From: a bacterium
GTDB lineage: Bacteria > Actinomycetota > Acidimicrobiia > Spongiisociales > ZC4RG35
DNA length: 58,386 nt
Reading direction: 5' to 3'
NCBI GenBank assembly: GCA_024639335.1
Contig: JAHEIN010000002.1
Coordinates: 13,630 to 72,015, forward strand
Part shown: piece by piece, positions 26,028-34,662 of the stretch
How the letters are laid out: every line of letters starts with the position of its first letter
Position numbering within the stretch: the first letter of the stretch is position 1
Translations under genes and position numbers: made by a program
Notes under the pieces: generated by a model
Seen by the model: the letters and a program-made list of their open reading frames with translations, nothing else
The model's database searches: none
What the model was told of the DNA's origin: nothing

Positions 26028-28577
26028 CTACTGCAGGATCGCTCGCATGATGCGATCGGGCGTCAACGGCAGGTCGCGGACGGGAACCCCCAGCGCCGCT
26101 CTCACCGCATTGGCGATCGCCGCAGTCGCCGGTCCGGCCGCACCCTCACCCACGCCAACCGACGGCTCGTCGGGCCGGTCGATGAGATGGACGTCCAGCT
26201 CGGGAGTGTCTGCGAAGCCCAGGATCGGGTAATCGAGCCAGGTGTGAAGGTCGGGTCTGCCGTCGACGAACTTGATCTGCTCCTTGAGCGCCCAACTCGC
26301 CGACTGGACGATGCCGCCTTCGATCTGGTTCAAGATGCCGTCGGGTTCAACTGCACGGCCCGCATCGACAACGGCCCACGCCCGCACCAGCCTGACCTCG
26401 TGCTCGACCTCGACCTCGGCGATGACCGCCACGTAGCAGGCGACGTTCTTGTATCGGCCAAAGCCGAGCCCGTATCCGTGACCCTCAGGGCTCTGACCGC
26501 CGACGGGCACGCCTGCGCGTTCGACGACGGTCTCGATGACCTCCATCGCACGGGGATCGGAGAGGTGTCGCATCCGGAACTCGACGGGATCCACAGCTGC
26601 CCGCTCGGCGAGATCCTCCATGAACGACTCGATGGCGAACGTGTTCGGCTGTGTGGCGAGACCTCGGAGGGCCGACGTCCTCACCGGTCCGAACGGGATG
26701 AACATCCCCTCGATGTTGTACGGCCCGACGTCGTAGGCAGGCACTGCGTTGCGCAGCACACACCCACCACGTGCCTCGGGGACCGCCGTCAGCCGGACCG
26801 GCTCGACCGGGTTCTCCATCAGCTCTGCAGCCAGCAGGTTGACGCCGCCGGTGTTCTGGGGACGCGACGAGTGCGGGTGACTCCATCCCAGGTGGGTCCA
26901 ATCGGCGATCTTGCCGTCCTCGTCGAGGGTGGCGCTGAGCTCGACCACCATGGCTGAGCCGTATGGCTCGAATTCGAACTCGTCCTCGCGGGACCATTGC
27001 AGACGGATGACCTTGCCGGGGACTTCGCGTGCGATCAGCGCAGCGTCGAGTGCGGCGTCGTCTGCGCCGTTGTGCCCGTAGCATCCCGCCCCTTCTGCAT
27101 GGATCACCCGGATGTCTGTTTCCGGCAGTCCGAGTGCCGTGCTGAGGGAGGCCCGCAACAGGTAAACGCCCTGACTGTGGGTCCAAACGGTGAGGGCTCC
27201 GTCGTCCATTCGTGCGAGCGCGCAGGACGGACCGATCGAGCCATGAGCCAGATAGCCGCGTGTGTAGGTGGCGGTGATCCGGTTGGCGTCGCCCTCGATC
27301 GGCGCAGAGCCATCGATGGTGTACACGTCGTAGTCGTCGGATTCGGTGAGGTAGTGCGGATCTCCGGGATCGAAACCGGGCGCCGCCTCGCCGTTCCACG
27401 TCGACCGTCCTGACAGTCGACGTGCCGCGCGGATCGCCTGTTCCTCGCGTTCGGTGACCACGGCCAGGAAGCTGCCGGATCGAACGACTTCGAGGACGCC
27501 GTCGAGTTCGAACACCGTCGAGGGGTCCACGCTCTCGAGTCGGGCGGTTTGGGAAGGGGGCCTCACCAACCGGGCGTGCACCATGCCGTCGAACTCGAGA
27601 TCCTGGATGTAACTCGGGCGCCCGGCGAGCTTGGCGGGCAGATCGATCCGGCCACCGGCTCGAGCCCGTTGGAGATCGAGTGTGTTGGACCCACCTGCCA
27701 GATTCCAATAGGTGGTGGCTCCGCCGTCGGGAGCCCTGATCAGACCATCGTCGACGGTCATCGCGTCGACAGAGAAGCCGAGATCCTCCGTGGCCAGCGT
27801 GAGCAGTCGCAGTCGGAGCTCTTCCGCTGCCTCTCGGATCGCATCACCGCCTTTCTGTACCGAGAAGCTCCCGGCCGTCATGCCCTCGTTCGGGCTCACG
27901 GCAGTGTCGGTCCGGACGATCCGGATGCGCTCGACCGCCACGCCGAGCGTCTCGGAGGCGATGCGGGCGAGTGCGGTGGAGATTCCCTGACCGATGTCGA
28001 CCTTTCCCGAACGCATCAGCACCGTGCCGTCGCCGAGCACGGTCAGATGGTCGTTGGCGATGCCATCTTCGCGATGCTCAGCGGTGTGACTGCTCGTCGG
28101 CAGTGGAACCGCAATCGCCTCGCGCTCGGCTGAAGCCCGCTGGACCGCCCTCACCATTCGTGTTTGGGTCCCGCACCGGCACAAATTGGCGTCTAGCGCT
28201 TCGCAGATCTCCTCACGGGAGGGGTCGGCCGAACGTTCCAACAGCGCACATGCCGACATGAGGATCCCCGACGTGCAGTAGCCGCACTGTGCAGCCTGCT
28301 CGGTGAGGAAGGCCTGCTGGAGGGCAGCCAGGACCGAACCATCAGGGGCGTCTTCTACGGTCCGGACTTCGCGCGCCCCGACCTCGGAGATCGGGAGATC
28401 ACACGAGTTCACAGGCTCACCGTCGATGAGCACCATGCACGCCCCGCACGAGCCCTGCGCGCACCCGAATCGGGTGCCCTTCAATCCGAAATCGTTGCGA
28501 ATGGCGTACAGCAGTGGGGTTTCGGGAGCGATGTCGAGCGAGCGGGCCCGGCCGTTGATCGTGATCTCGATCTGCAT
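26028..28577 (-). CDS. Fused (2Fe-2S)-binding + molybdopterin-binding hydroxylase (IorA-IorB / xanthine-dehydrogenase-family fusion)
   Basis: Starts at MQIEITINGR (ATG 28577, AGAGAGGA upstream). Fe-S motifs CAQGSCGACMV and QCGYCTSG...CRCG are followed by ~700 aa of IorB-like sequence (DIGQGISTALARIASETLGV). Confidence 0.88.
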   Translation of the reverse strand: MQIEITINGRARSLDIAPETPLLYAIRNDFGLKGTRFGCAQGSCGACMVLIDGEPVNSCDLPISEVGAREVRTVEDAPDGSVLAALQQAFLTEQAAQCGYCTSGILMSACALLERSADPSREEICEALDANLCRCGTQTRMVRAVQRASAEREAIAVPLPTSSHTAEHREDGIANDHLTVLGDGTVLMRSGKVDIGQGISTALARIASETLGVAVERIRIVRTDTAVSPNEGMTAGSFSVQKGGDAIREAAEELRLRLLTLATEDLGFSVDAMTVDDGLIRAPDGGATTYWNLAGGSNTLDLQRARAGGRIDLPAKLAGRPSYIQDLEFDGMVHARLVRPPSQTARLESVDPSTVFELDGVLEVVRSGSFLAVVTEREEQAIRAARRLSGRSTWNGEAAPGFDPGDPHYLTESDDYDVYTIDGSAPIEGDANRITATYTRGYLAHGSIGPSCALARMDDGALTVWTHSQGVYLLRASLSTALGLPETDIRVIHAEGAGCYGHNGADDAALDAALIAREVPGKVIRLQWSREDEFEFEPYGSAMVVELSATLDEDGKIADWTHLGWSHPHSSRPQNTGGVNLLAAELMENPVEPVRLTAVPEARGGCVLRNAVPAYDVGPYNIEGMFIPFGPVRTSALRGLATQPNTFAIESFMEDLAERAAVDPVEFRMRHLSDPRAMEVIETVVERAGVPVGGQSPEGHGYGLGFGRYKNVACYVAVIAEVEVEHEVRLVRAWAVVDAGRAVEPDGILNQIEGGIVQSASWALKEQIKFVDGRPDLHTWLDYPILGFADTPELDVHLIDRPDEPSVGVGEGAAGPATAAIANAVRAALGVPVRDLPLTPDRIMRAILQ

Positions 28578-28587
28578 GTCGTCCTCT

Positions 28588-29781
28588 CTACGTTGTTGTC
28601 GTTGCTCGGTGGTTGGTGGTCTCGGCAAGCGCCAGACGCCGACTCGTCAACACTGCGGCGATCCCGACCAGCACCAGGATGGCTTGGAGCCCGAACACGA
28701 CTCCATACGAATATCGGTCTGCACCGAAACCGACCAGCGGCGGCATCACCATGGTCCCGAGGTAGGCGCCCGCAGCGACTGCGCCCGTCGATGTCGCAGC
28801 CGGCATGGGGATCAGTCTCACGACGGAGTAGAACATCACGCCCTGCCAGCCCCATGAGCCGGCGAAGGCCAGCAGCACGCCGACCACGAAGACCGTGGTC
28901 GATTCTCCAGCCATCCCCAGCAGCCCGAAACCGACCACGGCAATGCCGAGGAGGCCCATGAGCTCTTCGACTCCGGTCTGTTGACGTCGGTCGGCAACCT
29001 GCCCGATCGCAAGCCGCGCTCCGATCGCCACGATGCTCCCGGTGGTGAGGATCCGGGCACCGGCCGTCTGACTGAAACCGATCGTGACGGACGCATCGGT
29101 CACGAACGAGGCAAGTGAGTTGCCGATGCCTCCGCCGATCGCAGCCATGACCATGAATGCTGCGAGGGCGGGGGTCACCTTGAGGCTCCGGCGGTCGACC
29201 GCCGGACGATCACCGGTGTCGAAGCTCGGCGCGACGATCGTCATCACCAGCCCGGCTCCGGCGGCGATGACGAACGGCACCCTCCACGAGGTCGTGAGAC
29301 CGACCCACGGCACGGCGAGTCCTGCCAGCATCGCACCGACCGGCACTGCAGCCTGTTTCGCAGCGAAAGCTCGGCCCGTCCGGTCGAACGCCACCTCCGT
29401 AGCCACCACGAGGTTGGAGGCGATCTGGCCGAGCGCGTTCGACAGGCCACCGACGGCCATTGCGACGCCGAGCGAGACCCAGCCGCCTGCTGCGGCCGCC
29501 AGCCCCGCCGCCACCAGCGTGACCACGCCTGCATAGCGAAGCCCGAGGTCAGGCCCTCTCCGGTCGAGGATCGGTCCGACCATCTTCGATGCGATCGCGG
29601 AGACGAGATAGAAGGCGCCGATCACGAGCCCGAGTCGAGTCCGGTCGAAGCCGAGCTCCTCCTGGAGTCTGACCGACTGCGCGGCGGTCAGATAGAGAGG
29701 GAACACGCCGACGACCGTGTATACGATCGCCGTCGTGATCGGGCGGCTCCCGAGAAAGTCTCGCGGGCTGCGGCCCGTCAT
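28588..29781 (-). CDS. MFS transporter
   Basis: About 397 aa from MTGRSPRDF, with 12 hydrophobic segments. The longer ORF to 29826 would overlap the upstream gene. Confidence 0.85.
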   Translation of the reverse strand: MTGRSPRDFLGSRPITTAIVYTVVGVFPLYLTAAQSVRLQEELGFDRTRLGLVIGAFYLVSAIASKMVGPILDRRGPDLGLRYAGVVTLVAAGLAAAAGGWVSLGVAMAVGGLSNALGQIASNLVVATEVAFDRTGRAFAAKQAAVPVGAMLAGLAVPWVGLTTSWRVPFVIAAGAGLVMTIVAPSFDTGDRPAVDRRSLKVTPALAAFMVMAAIGGGIGNSLASFVTDASVTIGFSQTAGARILTTGSIVAIGARLAIGQVADRRQQTGVEELMGLLGIAVVGFGLLGMAGESTTVFVVGVLLAFAGSWGWQGVMFYSVVRLIPMPAATSTGAVAAGAYLGTMVMPPLVGFGADRYSYGVVFGLQAILVLVGIAAVLTSRRLALAETTNHRATTTT

Positions 29782-29785
29782 CCTG

Positions 29786-30835
29786 TCATCCGAGCGGTGC
29801 AACGCCGAGATCCGCGGCCAGTGCATCCAGTTTGGCCCGGAGGGCCTCGGGCACCGCGACTCCTACCTCATCGGCCGTGACCGCGTGCGCGTGTGAGCGT
29901 TCGCCCGGCAGTAAGACGGGCTCACCGCTCTGCGTCTCAGACGTTCGGAACTCGACGAGCTTGGCGTCCATTCGTTCCTGGTATTCGGACAGCGGAGCGA
30001 ACAGGTCGGGCCGAAATGCGATCATCGCCTGACCGGTGTTGGTCGGCGTCCTGTGATCGGTTCGGAACGGCACCACGTCTCTACCGAAGGCGGAGCCCGT
30101 CATGACGCCGGCGAGCAGCCCGATCATCATGTTGAGACCGGCCCCCTTGTATCCGCCGATCGGCATGAGGAAGCCTTCATCGGCTCGGTTGGGATCGGTG
30201 ATCGGATCGCCGTCGGCGTCGACAACCCATCCTTCGGGCATCAGCTCACCGGCCTGTGCGGTCACCTTGATGGTCCCGTGAGAGGCAACTGTCGTTGCGA
30301 TGTCCAGCTGGAACGGGATCTCGGCTCCGGCCGGGATCGCGAACGCCACCGGATTGGTTCCGAGCAGGCGCTCGATGCCACCCCACGGCGGCATGCCGTT
30401 CCCGTTTGCAACAGCGAAGTAGAAGGCGCCGAGCCCATGCTCGAGTGCCATCGCCGGGTAGATGCCGGCTGCGCCGGCGTGGTTCGAGTTGGTGGTGCCG
30501 ACCCAACCGATCCCGCTGGTGCGGGCTTTGTCGATCGCGACCTCGGCGGCGTGGGTCATCACGACCTGGCCGAGGCCGTTGTCGCCGTCGACCAGTGCAC
30601 TCACCCCAGTCTCGTGGAGGACCCGGACATCGGGGTCGAGGTTGTAGCCCCCTGCCCGGATTCGTTCGCCGTACTGCGGGAGTCTGATCAGCCCGTGTCC
30701 GGTCCGCCCGCGCCGGTCGGCGTCGACCATGCGAGTGGCGCACACCGAGGCGTGCTCGTGGCGGACACCCTGCGCCACGAGCACCGACGCCGCGAACTCC
30801 ACGAGGCGTTCTACCGGGACGCGGGTGTCGGTCAT
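29786..30835 (-). CDS. Ldh_2 family (malate/L-lactate dehydrogenase type 2) oxidoreductase
   Basis: 349 aa with GHGLIRLPQY and NSNHAGAAG motifs. Confidence 0.88.
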   Translation of the reverse strand: MTDTRVPVERLVEFAASVLVAQGVRHEHASVCATRMVDADRRGRTGHGLIRLPQYGERIRAGGYNLDPDVRVLHETGVSALVDGDNGLGQVVMTHAAEVAIDKARTSGIGWVGTTNSNHAGAAGIYPAMALEHGLGAFYFAVANGNGMPPWGGIERLLGTNPVAFAIPAGAEIPFQLDIATTVASHGTIKVTAQAGELMPEGWVVDADGDPITDPNRADEGFLMPIGGYKGAGLNMMIGLLAGVMTGSAFGRDVVPFRTDHRTPTNTGQAMIAFRPDLFAPLSEYQERMDAKLVEFRTSETQSGEPVLLPGERSHAHAVTADEVGVAVPEALRAKLDALAADLGVAPLG

Positions 30836-31224
30836 GTGCTCTTCTTGGCGAATTGCCGGACCGTCTCGCCGGTCTCGGCGAAGGTCCGGGTCACGTCGGT
30901 GGACCCGTAGACCCAGAGGATTCGCATCCGGGTGTCGCCGGTGTTGATGAATCGGTGGAATTCGCCGGGTGGGATCTGAGTGGTGTCGTAGGGGACGGCG
31001 GGTCGTTCTTCGCCGTTGAGGAGAGCGATGCCGGAGCCCTCGATGACCGTCACCTGTTCGATCGTGTTGTGGCTGTGGAGGGGGATGCTCGTCCCCGGCG
31101 GGAAGCTGGTGACTCCCATGACGAAATCCTGGCCTTCGAGCGGTTCGGGTGTCAGCCTGATGCTCTCGATTCCCTCGCCGCGCTCCACCGGCTCCTGGTC
31201 ACCGAACACGATCAGATTCGCCAT
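30832..31224 (-). CDS. Cupin-domain protein
   Basis: 130 aa from MANLIVFGD (AAAGGAGCGGAG upstream) with PLHSHNTIEQVTVIEGSG. Confidence 0.8.
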   Translation of the reverse strand: MANLIVFGDQEPVERGEGIESIRLTPEPLEGQDFVMGVTSFPPGTSIPLHSHNTIEQVTVIEGSGIALLNGEERPAVPYDTTQIPPGEFHRFINTGDTRMRILWVYGSTDVTRTFAETGETVRQFAKKST

Positions 31225-31309
31225 GGCTCCGCTCCTTTTGTCGTCTCGTTCGCACTGTAGGGAGGCGCACCGGCCCTCGGCAATCGATTGCACGGCCGAG
31301 CAGTGGCAG

Positions 31310-32059
31310 TCATGTCATGAATCGGCCGCCGTTGACAGCGACCGTCTCCCCGGTCATGAATCCCGACTCATCGGAGGCCAGGAACATGATCCAGGCGGCG
31401 AGCTCGTCAGGCGTCTGATATCGGCCGAGCGGAATCGATGCTGCCGTCGCCGCACGTTCCGCTTCGTCGCGTACCGCTCGGATCCGATCGGTCAGGACCG
31501 CCGAGGGAGCGATGGCGTTCACCGTGATGCCGTCTTCGGCGAGCTCGTGGGCGAGGACTCGTGTGTAGGCGTGCACCCCGGCCTTGGCAGCGGCGTACGC
31601 CGGCGACGTGCGGTATCCGCCGGTCTGTCCGGCGAGCGAGCCGACGTTGACGATGCGCCCGGCCGAGGATCGACGGAGCAGCGGGATCGCCGTCCGGCAG
31701 GTGAGGAAGACCGATGTGAGGTTGAGCTCGACGAGAGCTCGCCACTCCGAGGGATCGACCGTCTCGGTGGTGGCCTGGGTGCCGAACCCTCCTGCGTTGT
31801 TGACGAGCACGTCGAGCCGGCCGTGGCTCCGGGAGATCTCGGCGAACGTTCGATCCAGCGACTCCAGGGAGGTGACGTCGGTCTCGATGAACGTCCCGAC
31901 CTCCTGACCGAGCATTGCCCCGCGTTCGGTGTCGATGTCGAGGAGGAAGACATGGGCGCCCGAGTCGGAGAGGGCTCTTGCCGTGGCTTCGCCGATGCCG
32001 GTGGCGGCACCCGTGACCACTGCAACCCGTTCGGCGAATTCGTACGTGATGTCGGTCAT
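31310..32059 (-). CDS. SDR-family short-chain dehydrogenase (classical)
   Basis: 249 aa with VTGAATGIGEA, NNAG and a canonical YAAAK. Confidence 0.9.
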   Translation of the reverse strand: MTDITYEFAERVAVVTGAATGIGEATARALSDSGAHVFLLDIDTERGAMLGQEVGTFIETDVTSLESLDRTFAEISRSHGRLDVLVNNAGGFGTQATTETVDPSEWRALVELNLTSVFLTCRTAIPLLRRSSAGRIVNVGSLAGQTGGYRTSPAYAAAKAGVHAYTRVLAHELAEDGITVNAIAPSAVLTDRIRAVRDEAERAATAASIPLGRYQTPDELAAWIMFLASDESGFMTGETVAVNGGRFMT

Positions 32060-32111
32060 ATCCCCTCATCCGTCCGACACCGACAGGGAGTCCGACATAG
32101 GATGAGGGCAG

Positions 32112-32130
32112 ATTCTATACGATGTAGGAT
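32112..32130. promoter_or_regulatory. Back-to-back -10-like hexamers: TAGAAT on the minus strand (32112-32117); TACGAT (32118-32123) and TAGGAT (32125-32130) on the plus strand
   Basis: Read directly in the 98-nt divergent intergenic region. Plus-strand TAGGAT lies 27 nt upstream of GTG 32158, with GGAGCAGAGGAG as the RBS. Confidence 0.3.
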
Positions 32131-32157
32131 CGCCTCAGATGGAGCAGAGGAGTCGTT

Positions 32158-33387
32158 GTGTCTGACCAGCCATGGAAGACCAGAGATTGGTTTTCCAGCC
32201 CGTGGAACTACCTGCCGGAAGTCACCGAGGGATTCGCCTTCCCCGAGAGAGTCGAGATCCACGATGTGACGCTCAGAGACGGTGAGCAACAGGCCGGCAT
32301 CGAGTTCACCGCCGACGACAAGGTTCGCATCGCCGAAGCACTTTCGGCATCCGGTGTCCATCGGATCGAGGCCGGTCTCCCCGCCGTGTCACCGGCCGAC
32401 ACCGAAGCCGTCCGACGCATGGTGGCCCTGGACCTCGACGCGGAGATCTATGCGTTCTCCCGCTGCATGGTCAGCGACGTCCAGCTCGCGCTGGACTGTG
32501 GCGTCAAGGGGGTCGTGATGGAGGTCCCCGCCAGCCATCACCTCATCGAGAAGGCCTACCGGTGGCCGGTCGAGAAGGCGATCGAAGCCTCGATCGAGTC
32601 GACGAAGTTCGCTCATGAGAACGGGCTGGAGGTCACGTTCTTCCCGATCGACGCCACCCGGTCGACCATGACCCAACTGCTCGACGACCTCGAGGCCGTT
32701 GCTACCCAAGGCCACGTCGACAAGATCGCTCTCGTGGACACGTTCGGCGTGATCTCACCGCATGCGGTCAGCTACTACACCCAGCGGGTGCGCCAGCGGC
32801 TCGACGTTCCTCTCGAGACCCACTTCCACATGGACTTCGGAATGGGGGTCGCCAACTCGATCCTGGCGGTCGCAGAAGGAGCATCCGTCATCCACACCAC
32901 GGTGAGCGGGCTCGGGGAGCGCGCCGGGAACGCCCCCACCGAGGAGACCGTCCTCGCCCTGCTCACGATGTACGGGATCGACACCGGAATCGACACGACG
33001 AGCTTCACCGAGATCGCCAGGCTCGTCGCCGAATTGTCCGGCGTAACGCAGCCATCGAACCGCCCGATCACCGGTGACATGCTCTACAGCGTCGAGTCGG
33101 GAATCATCACGACCTGGGTGAAGAACGTCGAGGACGAGTTGACCGAGCCGTTCCCGTACCGGCCAGAGCTGGTCGGGCAACCCGACCCGACGATCGTGCT
33201 CGGGAAGGGCTCCGGGCTCGACTCGGTGGCGATCTGGCTCGGACGGCATGGGATCCACGATGCCGACACCAAGGACATCGAGGCGATCCTCGCCGAGGTC
33301 AAGGGCAAGTCGCTCGCGAAGAAGGGCTTACTCGACGACGACGAGTTCCTCGACATCGTGCGCGAGGCGCTTCCGGACAGGTTCTGA
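32158..33387 (+). CDS. HMGL-like / pyruvate carboxyltransferase-domain enzyme (isopropylmalate/homocitrate-synthase family)
   Basis: 409 aa with HDVTLRDGEQ and HFHMDFGMGVANS motifs. GTG start. Confidence 0.85.
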   Translation: MSDQPWKTRDWFSSPWNYLPEVTEGFAFPERVEIHDVTLRDGEQQAGIEFTADDKVRIAEALSASGVHRIEAGLPAVSPADTEAVRRMVALDLDAEIYAFSRCMVSDVQLALDCGVKGVVMEVPASHHLIEKAYRWPVEKAIEASIESTKFAHENGLEVTFFPIDATRSTMTQLLDDLEAVATQGHVDKIALVDTFGVISPHAVSYYTQRVRQRLDVPLETHFHMDFGMGVANSILAVAEGASVIHTTVSGLGERAGNAPTEETVLALLTMYGIDTGIDTTSFTEIARLVAELSGVTQPSNRPITGDMLYSVESGIITTWVKNVEDELTEPFPYRPELVGQPDPTIVLGKGSGLDSVAIWLGRHGIHDADTKDIEAILAEVKGKSLAKKGLLDDDEFLDIVREALPDRF

Positions 33388-33419
33388 AAGACACAACCGA
33401 AGAGGGAGAGAGCAACACA

Positions 33420-34658
33420 ATGCGCGAAGCGTTCTTCAATCTGAGCACCGATTGGAAAGAAGGCATCAACTGGGCGAATGTCCGCGACTGGCGGCTCAAG
33501 CGTGCCCATGCCGAGATGGAGAAGGCGGGGCTCGGCGCCCTCGTCCTCTTCTACGACGAGAACATGCGATACGTCTCGTCGACACTCACACCTGGATGGA
33601 ACCGACTCAAGCCGGGACTGAAGTACGTCGTGCTCCCGGCCGGGAAGCCCCCGATCGTCTACGAGCAGGGTGACATCGGCTTCCACCTCGAAGTCCACAA
33701 CCCGTGGATCCCCAAGGAGAACATCCGCTACTCGTACGTCTGGATCAAGGGAGCCGTCGGCCCGGCCGCCGATCAGCAGGTGAACAAGTTCGTCGACTCA
33801 CTGGCGAACGATCTCGAGGACGCCGGAGTGACCGGTCAGACGATCGGTCTCGACTTCATCGACATCAACTTGATGAAGGAGTTCAACAAGCGCGGCATCG
33901 AATGGACCGACGGTATGACGCCGATGATGAACGCCAGGGCCATCAAGAGCCCCGACGAGGTCATGGCATTCCAGATCGTCGGGTCGATCTGTGACTACGT
34001 CCACTACGAGCTCACCAACTTCATGAAACCAGGCATGACCGAGAACGAAGTTGCGGCGTTCGGTTTCGAGAAGCTGTACTCGATTGCGGGCATGGAGGAC
34101 GTCGAAGACGTCATCGTGTCGTCGGGCCCCAACGCCTGGCCGAACTGGCGCAACTTCTCCGACCGCATGATCCGCCCGGGTGAGCTGGTCATCATCGATC
34201 TCGCAGCGTTGACGTGGAATGGGTTCAAGTCGTGTTGCTACCGCACCTATTGCGTAGGCGGCACGCCGACCGACGAGCATCAGGCGACCTACGACGCTGC
34301 CCATGAGTGGTTGTGGGACTCGATCGAGATGGTCAAGCCGGGGGCCAGCACTGCCGAGGTCGCAGAAAAGTGGCCGTCCGCCATGGAGTACTGGGGCTAC
34401 GAGGAAGAGGATCAGGCCGCCGCCAACAACTGGGGTCACGGACTCGGGCTCGCCCAGTACGACCCGCCGGTCATCTCACGGATCTGGTCCTTGGACCACC
34501 CCGTCGAGATCCAGCAGGGAATGACCTTTGCGCTCGAGACCCAGAACGGCAAGCTCCACGATCACGGTGTCAGGCTCGAAGAGATGCTCTATGTCACCGA
34601 GACCGGCTACGAGATGGTGACCACCTACAAGCAGCACGAGATCATCTCGATCACCTGA
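33420..34658 (+). CDS. M24-family (creatinase/prolidase fold) hydrolase, non-canonical metal site
   Basis: 412 aa with a creatinase-like N-domain plus a pita-bread domain (GHGLGL, FALETQ). GAGGGAGAGAG RBS. Confidence 0.8.
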   Translation: MREAFFNLSTDWKEGINWANVRDWRLKRAHAEMEKAGLGALVLFYDENMRYVSSTLTPGWNRLKPGLKYVVLPAGKPPIVYEQGDIGFHLEVHNPWIPKENIRYSYVWIKGAVGPAADQQVNKFVDSLANDLEDAGVTGQTIGLDFIDINLMKEFNKRGIEWTDGMTPMMNARAIKSPDEVMAFQIVGSICDYVHYELTNFMKPGMTENEVAAFGFEKLYSIAGMEDVEDVIVSSGPNAWPNWRNFSDRMIRPGELVIIDLAALTWNGFKSCCYRTYCVGGTPTDEHQATYDAAHEWLWDSIEMVKPGASTAEVAEKWPSAMEYWGYEEEDQAAANNWGHGLGLAQYDPPVISRIWSLDHPVEIQQGMTFALETQNGKLHDHGVRLEEMLYVTETGYEMVTTYKQHEIISIT

Positions 34659-34662
34659 CCGG

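Noticed and set aside
33420-34658. Calling the M24 protein a DddP DMSP lyase
   Set aside because: The overall fold-level resemblance to DddP (recalled sequence) is only moderate. The second metal-ligand Asp appears substituted, so there is insufficient evidence for a specific function.
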